IMG/VR virus record: IMGVR_UViG_2898799289_000011
Reading direction: 5' to 3' (one strand)
Source: an uncultured virus (IMG/VR IMGVR_UViG_2898799289_000011)
Lineage: Duplodnaviria; Heunggongvirae; Uroviricota; Caudoviricetes
Length of the DNA stretch: 20,000 bases
In this document: piece after piece, positions 1-7,852 of the stretch
Numbering within the stretch: the stretch's first letter is position 1
Layout of the letters: each line of letters begins with the position of its first letter
Made by a program: the position numbers and the translations under genes
The notes under the pieces: generated by a model
Told to the model about the DNA's origin: nothing
The model's input: the letters and a program-made list of their open reading frames with translations, nothing else
Databases searched by the model: none

Positions 1-477
1 CAAAGGCGTGCCCATGCGGGATCAACGGACCTTGGCGACATCGCCCGCCAGGCGGGAGCTGCCGCGCTGGCCGAGGCCGTGGAGGCGGGCATGCCGATGT
101 GGTCCCCAACCGCTGCCGATGTGCAGGCTTCGGTGGCGGCGCTGAGGTCACCGGAGAAATTCGGCGCCCTGGCCCACCATTTCCACGCGAATATAGTGGA
201 ACGCGTCATCCACTATTACGTCGATCGAAACTTGCACAAGCTCGTTGGCGCCGATCGCGTCGCGCGGTCTGTCCATGATCTCGCGACCTACAACTCCGCG
301 ATACGCCGTCACTGCATCGAGGCTGCGCTGATCATGCGCGCCTTCGCCCGGGACTGGCTTGGCAAGAACCAGTACCGGGACGGCAAGGACATATCGAGGG
401 ATGATGCCCGCCGCTTCTCGGCCTTCGCCGTTGAGAAGATTGGTAACGAACTCAAGAACAGGAAGAGGTCAAATTGA
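1..477 (+). CDS. Hypothetical helical protein, 5'-truncated; probable QatB-like partner of the downstream QueC-family protein
   Basis: Frame is open from base 1 (QRRAHAGSTDLGDIARQAG...) to TGA 475-477, which overlaps the TTG start of the next gene (TTGA). The QatB-like call rests on position only. Confidence 0.65.
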   Translation, partial: QRRAHAGSTDLGDIARQAGAAALAEAVEAGMPMWSPTAADVQASVAALRSPEKFGALAHHFHANIVERVIHYYVDRNLHKLVGADRVARSVHDLATYNSAIRRHCIEAALIMRAFARDWLGKNQYRDGKDISRDDARRFSAFAVEKIGNELKNRKRSN

Positions 478-2336
478 AACGGTGCCTGATCGAATGCGGC
501 GTGCCGCAGGCATCCGAGGCTGATGCGCTCGCGATGAACGTCAGCGAGCCGGGCAAGAACGTCAATCTGAGGATCGACTACATCAGCCGCTCGATGATCG
601 GAAACATTCCCGACCTGTTGATCGACCTCCTCGAAGTGGCAGCCTATGTGTACTGCGCCGATCAGCGCATTGCACGTGGGTCCGCCATGCTCACGAACTT
701 CGGGGAAGACTGGCGCCGCAGTCTGACCTTCTCGATTCCCGTACGTCACCCTGAGGTCTGGCAGCGTGCAGATGTGCAGGAGCTCCTCATCGATACGCTC
801 GGGTTCCTGTCCGACGACAGCTATGAGTTCAGTTTCCGCAAGGCGGAAGCGCCGGTGCAGCCGCGAGAGCTGTATTTTCCGGAGCTTCTCGACGCCTTCC
901 AGGAAAACGATGAGGTGGCGCTCTTCTCCGGGGGTGTCGATTCTTTTGCCGGCGCCGTCAACGACATCGTCACTCTCGGCAAGTCAGTAACCCTCGTCGG
1001 CCATTACTCGTCAACGAAAGTACGAAACGTTCAGGAAGAGCTCATCCGCGATCTGAGACAGCGCGGGTATGAAAGGCGGGTCTCCTACGTTCCCGTCTGG
1101 GTCTCGAATGAGGTCGCCAAGCCCGTCGAGTTCACGCAGCGGACCCGCTCGTTCCTGTTTGCCTGTCTCGGTCTCGTCGTGGCGCAGATGTCGGGCAAAA
1201 ACGGGTTCAGCTTCTATGAGAATGGGGTTGTCAGCATCAACCCGCCCCTGGCGGGCGACGTGGTCGGCGGCCGGGCAACGCGTACGACGCATCCCAAGGT
1301 TCTCCGCGGGTTGGAGGCGCTGTTCTCGACCCTGCTCGACAGTGAGATTGAGATCCGCACTCCGCTTCAATGGCTGACCAAGAAAGAGGTCACACAGAAG
1401 ATCGCCGATGCGGGCGTTGCAGACATGCTTGCCGCCACGGTGAGTTGCACGCGACCGCGCAGCTGGACGGTCAAGCAGAAGCACTGCGGGCTCTGTTCGC
1501 AGTGCATCGATAGGAGGTTTGCCATCTTGGCTGCAGGACTGGAAAAGTTTGAACCGTCGCAGAACTACAAGCGCGACCTCCTCCTCGGGGATCGCAGCGC
1601 CGACGATGAGTTGCGAATGGCTCTGAGCTATGTCGCGTTCTTTCGAGACGTCGCCGCGATGCCGAAGGCGCGTTTTCTTTCTGGGTTCCAGCAGGTCATT
1701 TCCGCGCTCGATCACTTTCCTGATCTGTCTGTCGACGAGGCAGGATCACGCCTGTTCGAGTTGTTTCAGCGGCATGCGCGCTCGGTAGAAGAAGTCATTG
1801 CCAGGGCGCTTATCGAGCATGGCGACAGGCTTTACAGGGGCGAGGTTCCGTCTGGTTCGCTTCTGGCGACTTGCTTCACTCGAGACCATGTCGAGATCGC
1901 GCCGGAGTCCGACTATGATCGGCAGGCCACCGATTTCGTCGACAAGCTCAGTGCCCCCATTCTCGAGTTCGCGGTGGATCACGATGCCGAGCAGGTGCTC
2001 TTCCATGGCGGGCATCTTCTCGAAGGTGCGAACTACCGCTTCGTGAACGCGCTGATCGAGAATTTTCGGAAGGCCAAGCGGACGCGCTCGGAGGTCCAGT
2101 TCATGCCACCTCATGATGTGGCGGACAAAATCGGCATATCCGAGCAGTCGATGCGCCAGCAACTGCGCAGGTTGCGAGACGCGCTCGACCCGCTGGCGGT
2201 GATGCTCGGGATCCCGCTGGATCAGGACAGTTTCATCGAGACCAAGGATCGCGCTGGCTACCGCCTCAACCCGGCATGCCGTGAGATCGCCCTCGGCGAC
2301 ATTCATCCCCCGAATCCGGCTGCGTCACAGGAATAA
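474..2336 (+). CDS. QueC/QatC-family (7-cyano-7-deazaguanine synthase-like) PP-loop protein with C-terminal winged-helix DNA-binding domain
   Basis: PP-loop LFSGGVDS; QatC-type N-terminus DLLEVAAYVYCAD...WRRSLTFSIPV; RTRSFLF; ENG..SINPPL; TRTTHP; TKKEV; Zn motif TVSC...HCGLCSQCIDRR. C-terminus HDVADKIGISEQSMRQQLRRLR...FIETKDRAGYRL resembles an OmpR/PhoB-type wHTH. GAGG RBS at 465-468, TTG start. Confidence 0.85.
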   Translation: MKRCLIECGVPQASEADALAMNVSEPGKNVNLRIDYISRSMIGNIPDLLIDLLEVAAYVYCADQRIARGSAMLTNFGEDWRRSLTFSIPVRHPEVWQRADVQELLIDTLGFLSDDSYEFSFRKAEAPVQPRELYFPELLDAFQENDEVALFSGGVDSFAGAVNDIVTLGKSVTLVGHYSSTKVRNVQEELIRDLRQRGYERRVSYVPVWVSNEVAKPVEFTQRTRSFLFACLGLVVAQMSGKNGFSFYENGVVSINPPLAGDVVGGRATRTTHPKVLRGLEALFSTLLDSEIEIRTPLQWLTKKEVTQKIADAGVADMLAATVSCTRPRSWTVKQKHCGLCSQCIDRRFAILAAGLEKFEPSQNYKRDLLLGDRSADDELRMALSYVAFFRDVAAMPKARFLSGFQQVISALDHFPDLSVDEAGSRLFELFQRHARSVEEVIARALIEHGDRLYRGEVPSGSLLATCFTRDHVEIAPESDYDRQATDFVDKLSAPILEFAVDHDAEQVLFHGGHLLEGANYRFVNALIENFRKAKRTRSEVQFMPPHDVADKIGISEQSMRQQLRRLRDALDPLAVMLGIPLDQDSFIETKDRAGYRLNPACREIALGDIHPPNPAASQE

Positions 2337-2427
2337 CGACCCGACGTCACAGGCCGCCGCGCACAACGTCACAATCTGCCAAGCGAAGCCCCGTTTTTCG
2401 GGGCTTTTTTCTTGTCTGCACGTCACA
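2323..2427 (+). promoter_or_regulatory. Four CGTCACA direct repeats (putative wHTH operator array)
   Basis: Exact CGTCACA at 2323-2329, 2345-2351 and 2367-2373 (22-bp period) and at 2421-2427. Function is inferred. Confidence 0.65.
2386..2413 (+). terminator. Rho-independent terminator
   Basis: Stem AAGCCCCG (2386-2393), loop TTTTT, CGGGGCTT (2399-2406), then a T-tract running to about 2413. Confidence 0.85.
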
Positions 2428-2539
2428 AGAAAGTCCGGGCGTGATCATTTATTCGAGGCCGCAAAACACTGAAATTGTTCGCATATCCGGGCGCATCAAC
2501 GCGCCGGGGTGAACAACGGACAACTCAGTGAGGTTTCGG

Positions 2540-2749
2540 ATGTCAGTCACGCATCTCAACCAGGTCGAGCTGGCGGCTCGATGGAAGATCAGCCCGCGCA
2601 CGCTGGAGCGCTGGCGTTGGACCGGTGAGGGCCCCGCCTTCATCAAGATCGGAGGCCGGGTCGTGTACCGGCTCGAGGATGTCGAGGCCTACGAGGCCAA
2701 CCGGCACTGTTCGAGCACGGCCGACAAGCCCGCCGTGAAGCTGGCGTGA
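2540..2749 (+). CDS. Excisionase/AlpA-like helix-turn-helix DNA-binding protein
   Basis: LNQVELAARWKISPRTLERWRWTGEGPAFIKIGGRVVYRLEDVEAYE is a typical MerR-superfamily/HTH_17 pattern; GAGG upstream of ATG 2540. Confidence 0.88.
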   Translation: MSVTHLNQVELAARWKISPRTLERWRWTGEGPAFIKIGGRVVYRLEDVEAYEANRHCSSTADKPAVKLA

Positions 2750-2759
2750 GGGGGCGGCC

Positions 2760-3245
2760 ATGACGATCCCCAACCGCATCACCCTCGACGATCTGCCCAC
2801 CCTGCCGGTCGGCGAGATCGCCGCGCTGGCGGGCGACCAGCTGGCGCTCCTGAAGCAGGACGCCGACGAGCGGCTGCGTTCCGCGAAGACCTGCTGCGAC
2901 TGGATCGATGGCGCCATCGCGCTGAAGTACGGCGACCAGGCGCAGGACGCGCGCCGCGCGGAGGGCAAGGACACCGGCACTGTCCGGCTGCAGGATGGCC
3001 CGGTCACCGTGGTGGCAGAACTCGCCAAGCGCGTTGAATGGGACCAGACGATGCTCGCCGGTCTGGTCGAGCGCATCCGGGCGGATGGCGCTGATCCCGC
3101 CGAGTACGTGGACATCACGCTCAGCGTCCCCGAGCGCAAGTACACCGCCTGGCCCAAGGACATCCGCGAGGAGTTCGAGCCCGCCCGCACGGTTCGCACC
3201 GGCAAGCCCAAGTTCCGACTGCTGCTCGGCGAGGAGGCGCGCTGA
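2760..3245 (+). CDS. Conserved phage hypothetical protein of the recombination module
   Basis: 161 aa, GAGGGG RBS, high-GC codon usage, stop overlaps the next ATG (TGATG). Confidence 0.8.
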   Translation: MTIPNRITLDDLPTLPVGEIAALAGDQLALLKQDADERLRSAKTCCDWIDGAIALKYGDQAQDARRAEGKDTGTVRLQDGPVTVVAELAKRVEWDQTMLAGLVERIRADGADPAEYVDITLSVPERKYTAWPKDIREEFEPARTVRTGKPKFRLLLGEEAR

Positions 3246-3991
3246 TGGCCATTTCGCTCGCATCCCTGCAAACCTCGACGGTACTGCGCCCGCCGCGTGT
3301 GCTGATCCACGGTGTCGCCGGCATCGGCAAGTCCACCTTCGCCGCGTCGGCCGACGCGCCCGTGTTCGTCCTGACCGAGGACGGTCTCGGCAAGCTGCAG
3401 GTGCCGCACTTCCCGTTGGCGACGAGCTACGCGGAGGTCGCCGAGGCGCTCGATGCCCTGCTCGACGAGGACCACGCCTATTCCACGGTCGTCGTGGACA
3501 GCGTGGACTGGCTGGAGCCGCTGATCTGGGCCGAGGCCTGCCGTCGGAACGGCTGGCCGTCGATCGAAAGCCCCGGCTTCGGGAAGGGCTACGCGGAGGC
3601 GCTGAACATCTGGCGCGAATACATCGACAGGCTGAACGCGCTGCGTGACCGCAAGAGCATGGCGGTCATCCAGATCGCCCACACCGACATCAAGCGCTTC
3701 GACAGCCCTGAGCACGAACCCTACGACCGGTACGTGATCAAGCTGCAGACCCGCGCGTCCGCGCTGCTGCAGGAGCACTCGGACGTGGTGCTCTTTGCCA
3801 ACTACCGGATCTCGGTCAGCAAGTCCGACGTCGGATTCAACAAGAAGGTCACCCGGGCGCTCGGGTCCGGTGCGCGCGTCATGCACACCGAGGAGCGCCC
3901 CGCCTTCCTCGCCAAGAACCGCTACGGCCTGCCGGAAACCCTCCCGCTCGAGTGGTCGGAGTTCCTGGCCGCCATGCCCCAATCCGCCTGA
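3245..3991 (+). CDS. AAA_24 family ATP-binding protein (Sak4-like recombinase)
   Basis: Walker A GVAGIGKST, Walker B TVVVDS, IAH motif, AKNR arginine finger; adjacent to the DUF669 SSB-like gene. Confidence 0.88.
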   Translation: MAISLASLQTSTVLRPPRVLIHGVAGIGKSTFAASADAPVFVLTEDGLGKLQVPHFPLATSYAEVAEALDALLDEDHAYSTVVVDSVDWLEPLIWAEACRRNGWPSIESPGFGKGYAEALNIWREYIDRLNALRDRKSMAVIQIAHTDIKRFDSPEHEPYDRYVIKLQTRASALLQEHSDVVLFANYRISVSKSDVGFNKKVTRALGSGARVMHTEERPAFLAKNRYGLPETLPLEWSEFLAAMPQSA

Positions 3992-4013
3992 TTGCGACTG
4001 AAAGGACAGAACG

Positions 4014-4520
4014 ATGGCACGTTTCGACACCGCCTTCGACGCCACCGGCATCGAGCCCACCACCGCCTATGAGATCCTGCCCGCCGGCAAGTACCGCGCG
4101 CAGATCATCGAGAGCGAGATGCGCGTCACGAAGAACGGGATGGGGCAGTATCTCTGGCTCATGCTCGACATCCTCGAGGGGCCGCAGCAGGGCCGCAAGG
4201 TCTTCGACCAGCTGAACCTCGTGAACGCCAACCCGACCACGGTCGAGATCGCGCAGCGAACGCTGTCGGCGATCTGCCACGCCACGGGCAAGCTGCAGGT
4301 GAACGACAGCGAGGAGCTGCACCTGATCCCGATGACGATCCAGGTCGGGGTGAAGCCCCCGAAGGACGGCTACAGCGAGCGCAACACGATCCGCTACCTC
4401 GTGCCGGAGGCCCCGGCGCAGACGAGCCCGGCGCAGCCCGCCGTGGCAAGGCCTGCCGCCGCGCCCGTGCAGTCGGCGCCCGCCCGCCCGGCCACCGCGC
4501 CCTGGAACCGCAAGAGCTGA
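4014..4520 (+). CDS. DUF669 family protein (putative single-stranded DNA-binding protein)
   Basis: LPAGKY motif, GRKVFDQLNL, Pro/Ala-rich tail ending APW; AAGGA RBS. Confidence 0.85.
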   Translation: MARFDTAFDATGIEPTTAYEILPAGKYRAQIIESEMRVTKNGMGQYLWLMLDILEGPQQGRKVFDQLNLVNANPTTVEIAQRTLSAICHATGKLQVNDSEELHLIPMTIQVGVKPPKDGYSERNTIRYLVPEAPAQTSPAQPAVARPAAAPVQSAPARPATAPWNRKS

Positions 4521-4588
4521 CGCCCTCGGCCGCCGCGGGCTGAGACTTGGCTCGCGGCCCGGACATCGCCAGACCCGAGAGACCGACC

Positions 4589-4954
4589 ATGACCAACACC
4601 ACCGACGCGGCCTGCGCGGCCGCGAACGCCCCCGGCTTGCCTGACGACACCCGGCGCCTGATCGAGATCGAGGACGCCATCGCGAAGATCCGCACGCAGA
4701 TCGCGACCGCCGATCTGACGCGACAGCGGACGGCGAAGCCGATCGACCCCGACTGGTTTCATCGGGCGCGAACGGCGCTGCGCCACCTCAATCGCGAGCG
4801 CGCCGAGATCGTCGCCCGTCAGGGTGGCCGCCGTCGGCGCGAGCGCCTGAAGGACATGATCATCGCTGTCCTGCGCGAACGCCATGACAGCGCCGCCTGG
4901 ACCGCGGTGCTGGCGGAGGCGCGGGCGCGGCTCGAGCGGGAGGAGGCGTGCTGA
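4589..4954 (+). CDS. Hypothetical helical phage protein
   Basis: ATG 4589 preceded by GAGAG; IDPDWFHRARTALRHL; stop overlaps the next ATG. Confidence 0.72.
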   Translation: MTNTTDAACAAANAPGLPDDTRRLIEIEDAIAKIRTQIATADLTRQRTAKPIDPDWFHRARTALRHLNRERAEIVARQGGRRRRERLKDMIIAVLRERHDSAAWTAVLAEARARLEREEAC

Positions 4955-5898
4955 TGGCCGAGCTTCCCGACCCCCCGACGCCGACCCTCTCCGCGATCTA
5001 CGCCTCCTACGAGGCCCGGCAGGGCGACGGCTTCCGCGACCACCTCGGCGCCTCGCTGATCGGCAAGTCCTGCGCCCGCGCGCTCTGGTATGACTTCCGC
5101 TGGGCGACGCCCGCGCGACACATGGGCCGCATCCTGCGGCTGTTCGAGACCGGCCAACTGGAAGAGGCCCGGCTCGTGCGCGACCTGCGCGCCACTGGCG
5201 CGACGGTGCTGGAGGTCGATCCCGAGACCGGGCGGCAGTTCCGCGTCGAGGCCCATGGCGGGCACTTCGGCGGCTCGCTCGACGCCGTCGCCCTCGGGCT
5301 GCTCGAGGCGCCGAAGACCTGGCACGTCGTCGAGTTCAAGACGCATTCGGCGAAGAGCTTCGCCGAGTTGGACGCCAAGGGCGTCGCGCTCGCCAAGCCC
5401 CAGCACGCCGCGCAGATGCAGGTCTACATGCACCTGACCGGCATCACGCGGGCGCTCTACGTCGCGGTCTGCAAGGACACCGACGCGCTGCACATCGAGC
5501 GTGTCTCGGCCGACCCCGAGATGGGCGAGCGCCTGCTGGAAAAGGCGCGGCGGATCATCTTCGCCCAGCACCCGCCCGAGCGGATCAGCGCAGATCCCGC
5601 ATGGTTCGAGTGCCGGTTCTGCGACCACCACAGGCTCTGCCACGGTGAGGAGGCCGCGGCCGTCACCTGCCGGTCCTGCCTGCATTCCACGCCCATCGAA
5701 GGCGGCTGGCACTGCGCACGCCATGATCGGCTGCTCGACCCAGCCGACCAGCGCCGAGCCTGCCCGCGGCACCTGTTCATCCCCGATCTCGTCCCCGGCG
5801 AGGTGACCGACGCAGGCGAGGACTTCGTCGCCTACCGCATGCGCGACGGCTCAGCCTGGACCAACGACGCCCGCGAAGAGGAGGCCGCCGCATGCTGA
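4954..5898 (+). CDS. Cas4/AddB-like PD-(D/E)xK nuclease with Cys-rich C-terminus
   Basis: GAS.IGKSC.R.LWY, GSLD, VEFKT, QMQVYM; N-terminal C plus CRFC...C (Fe-S-like staple) and an additional CRSC...C...C. Confidence 0.85.
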   Translation: MAELPDPPTPTLSAIYASYEARQGDGFRDHLGASLIGKSCARALWYDFRWATPARHMGRILRLFETGQLEEARLVRDLRATGATVLEVDPETGRQFRVEAHGGHFGGSLDAVALGLLEAPKTWHVVEFKTHSAKSFAELDAKGVALAKPQHAAQMQVYMHLTGITRALYVAVCKDTDALHIERVSADPEMGERLLEKARRIIFAQHPPERISADPAWFECRFCDHHRLCHGEEAAAVTCRSCLHSTPIEGGWHCARHDRLLDPADQRRACPRHLFIPDLVPGEVTDAGEDFVAYRMRDGSAWTNDAREEEAAAC

Positions 5899-7631
5899 CC
5901 CTGCGCCCCTACCAGCAGGCCGCGATCGCCTCGATCTACGGCTATTTCGAGAAGGAGAGCGGCAACCCGCTCGTCGTGATCCCCACGGCCGGCCGCAAGA
6001 GCCTCGTCATGGCCGCCTTCATCGACGGCGTGCTCAAGGCCTGGCCTGACCAGCGCGTGCTCGTCGTCACCCATGTGCGCGAGCTGATCGCGCAGAACCA
6101 TGCCGAGATGCTCGGGCTCTGGCCCGAGGCGCCGGCGGGCATCTACTCGGCCGGTCTCGGCCGCCGTGACGCGCGGGCCCGGATCCTCTTCGCCGGCATC
6201 CAGTCGATCCACGACAAGGCGACGCGCATCGGCCATGCGGATCTGGTGCTGATCGACGAGGCCCACCTGATCCCCGGCCGGTCGAACACCATGTATCGCC
6301 GCTTCCTCAATGACCTGCAGGCGATCAATCCGGCACTCAAGGTGATCGGTCTGACGGCGACGCCCTTCCGGCTCGACAGCGGCATGCTGCACGAGGGCGA
6401 GAACGCGCTCTTCACCGACATCGCCTACGAGGTGTCCGTCCGCGACCTGATCGATCAGGGCTGGCTCTCCCCGCTCATCTCGAAACAGACGAAGACCCGT
6501 CTCGACGTGACGGGCGTGGGATCGCGGGGCGGCGAGTTCATCGCGCGCGATCTCGAGGACGCGGTCGACCAGGACGCCATCACGCGCGCGGCCGTGGCCG
6601 AGGTGATCGCCCATGGCGAGACGCGCCGGTCCTGGCTCGCCTTCTGTTCCGGCGTTCGCCACGCCACCCATGTCGCCGAGGAGTTCCGCCGCCGCGGGGT
6701 CAGCTGCGCCACCATCTTCGGCAAGACGCCGAAGGACGAGCGTGACGCGATCATCGCCGCCTTCAAGCGCGGCGAGATCCGGGCGCTGGCCTCGATGGGC
6801 GTACTGACGACGGGCTTCAACGCGCCGGCCGTGGATCTGATCGCCATGCTGCGGCCCACCAAGTCGGCCGGGCTCTATGTCCAGATGGCCGGACGGGGCA
6901 CGCGGCTCGCCGAGGGCAAGGAGAACTGCCTGGTCTTGGATTTCGCGGGCAATGTCCGCCGCCATGGTCCCATCGATCTGGTGCGGCCGAAGCGGCCGGG
7001 CGGTCCGGGCGACGGGCCGCCACCCACGAAGATCTGCCCCGAATGCGGGACCATCGTGGCCATCGCGGCGCTCGAATGCCCCGACTGCGGCTTCGAGTTC
7101 CCCGGCCGCGAGGTGAAGCTCGAGCCGACCGCGTCGACGCTGGAGGTGCTGTCGACCGGCGAGCCGCAATGGGTCAGCGTCACCGACGTGACCTACAGCC
7201 GCCACGAGAAGCGCGGCGGGCGGGTCTCGCTGAAGGTCACCTATCGCAGCGGGCTCGCCTTTCACACGGAGTGGGTCTGCTTCGAGCACGACGGCTTTCC
7301 GCGCCGCAAGGCCGCGAGCTGGTGGCGCGAGCGGGCGCCCGAGATGGAAGTGCCCGAGTCCGTCGACGAGGCGCTCCTGCTGGCAGACCGGTTGCGTCGC
7401 CCCACCGAGATCGCCGTCCGCCCCGCGGGCCGCTTCACCGAAATCACTGGCTACAGGTTCGCCCCATGCCTCATAGCCGTGCCGGGCTCTGCGCCGTCTG
7501 CCACCGAGAACCCCGCGGCTGGGGCTGGTTCGACGCGCGCTTCCGCGTCTCCGACCCGCGGCGCAACACGAGCCGCCGACAGCTTTGCAGCCGGGTTTGC
7601 CAGGACATCTGCCACCGGAGGTCGGGCATGA
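5892..7631 (+). CDS. SF2 DEAH helicase, RadD/YejH-like, with Zn ribbon; Walker A variant PTAGRKS
   Basis: LRPYQ, DEAH, GLTATP, LTTGFN, QMAGRGTR, LDFAGN, CPEC..CPDC. The last ~55 aa are low complexity and overlap the next frame. Confidence 0.92.
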   Translation: MLTLRPYQQAAIASIYGYFEKESGNPLVVIPTAGRKSLVMAAFIDGVLKAWPDQRVLVVTHVRELIAQNHAEMLGLWPEAPAGIYSAGLGRRDARARILFAGIQSIHDKATRIGHADLVLIDEAHLIPGRSNTMYRRFLNDLQAINPALKVIGLTATPFRLDSGMLHEGENALFTDIAYEVSVRDLIDQGWLSPLISKQTKTRLDVTGVGSRGGEFIARDLEDAVDQDAITRAAVAEVIAHGETRRSWLAFCSGVRHATHVAEEFRRRGVSCATIFGKTPKDERDAIIAAFKRGEIRALASMGVLTTGFNAPAVDLIAMLRPTKSAGLYVQMAGRGTRLAEGKENCLVLDFAGNVRRHGPIDLVRPKRPGGPGDGPPPTKICPECGTIVAIAALECPDCGFEFPGREVKLEPTASTLEVLSTGEPQWVSVTDVTYSRHEKRGGRVSLKVTYRSGLAFHTEWVCFEHDGFPRRKAASWWRERAPEMEVPESVDEALLLADRLRRPTEIAVRPAGRFTEITGYRFAPCLIAVPGSAPSATENPAAGAGSTRASASPTRGATRAADSFAAGFARTSATGGRA

Positions 7632-7852
7632 TCGATCCGACCCCCAATGAGTCGGCGGCCATGGTCGAGGGCGGCAAGGCCGGCGGCGCCTATCTCGACA
7701 GCCTCGGCCGGACCGATCTCGCCCAACTCAGCGAGGAGGAGTGGGACACCTTCGTCGAGGTGATTGTCACCGGCTACTGCGACCACCTGCGCGAACTGGC
7801 GGCGAAGGATCGCGCGCGGCTCGACGGCATGATCCCGGAGGTGCCCTTCTGA
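7466..7852 (+). CDS. DUF6511-like phage protein; possible N-terminal Zn-binding extension (alternative start 7628)
   Basis: Core MIDPTPNE..AM..GG..GGAYLDSLGRTDL...EVPF from ATG 7628 (GGAGG RBS, ATGA coupling with the helicase stop). Upstream in-frame ATG 7466 adds CAVC...CSRVC. Confidence 0.72.
   Translation: MPHSRAGLCAVCHREPRGWGWFDARFRVSDPRRNTSRRQLCSRVCQDICHRRSGMIDPTPNESAAMVEGGKAGGAYLDSLGRTDLAQLSEEEWDTFVEVIVTGYCDHLRELAAKDRARLDGMIPEVPF

Noticed and set aside
474..2336. Housekeeping queC or a dpd-type DNA deazaguanine modification cluster
   Set aside because: The protein is much longer than QueC and has QatC-type N-terminal motifs. No queD, queE, folE or dpdA is visible in the window, although the upstream flank is unseen.
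2323..2427. CRISPR-like array suggested by regular repeats and a nearby Cas4-like gene
   Set aside because: Repeats are only 7 bp with 15-bp spacers, there is no cas1/cas2, and the nuclease sits in a standard recombination module.
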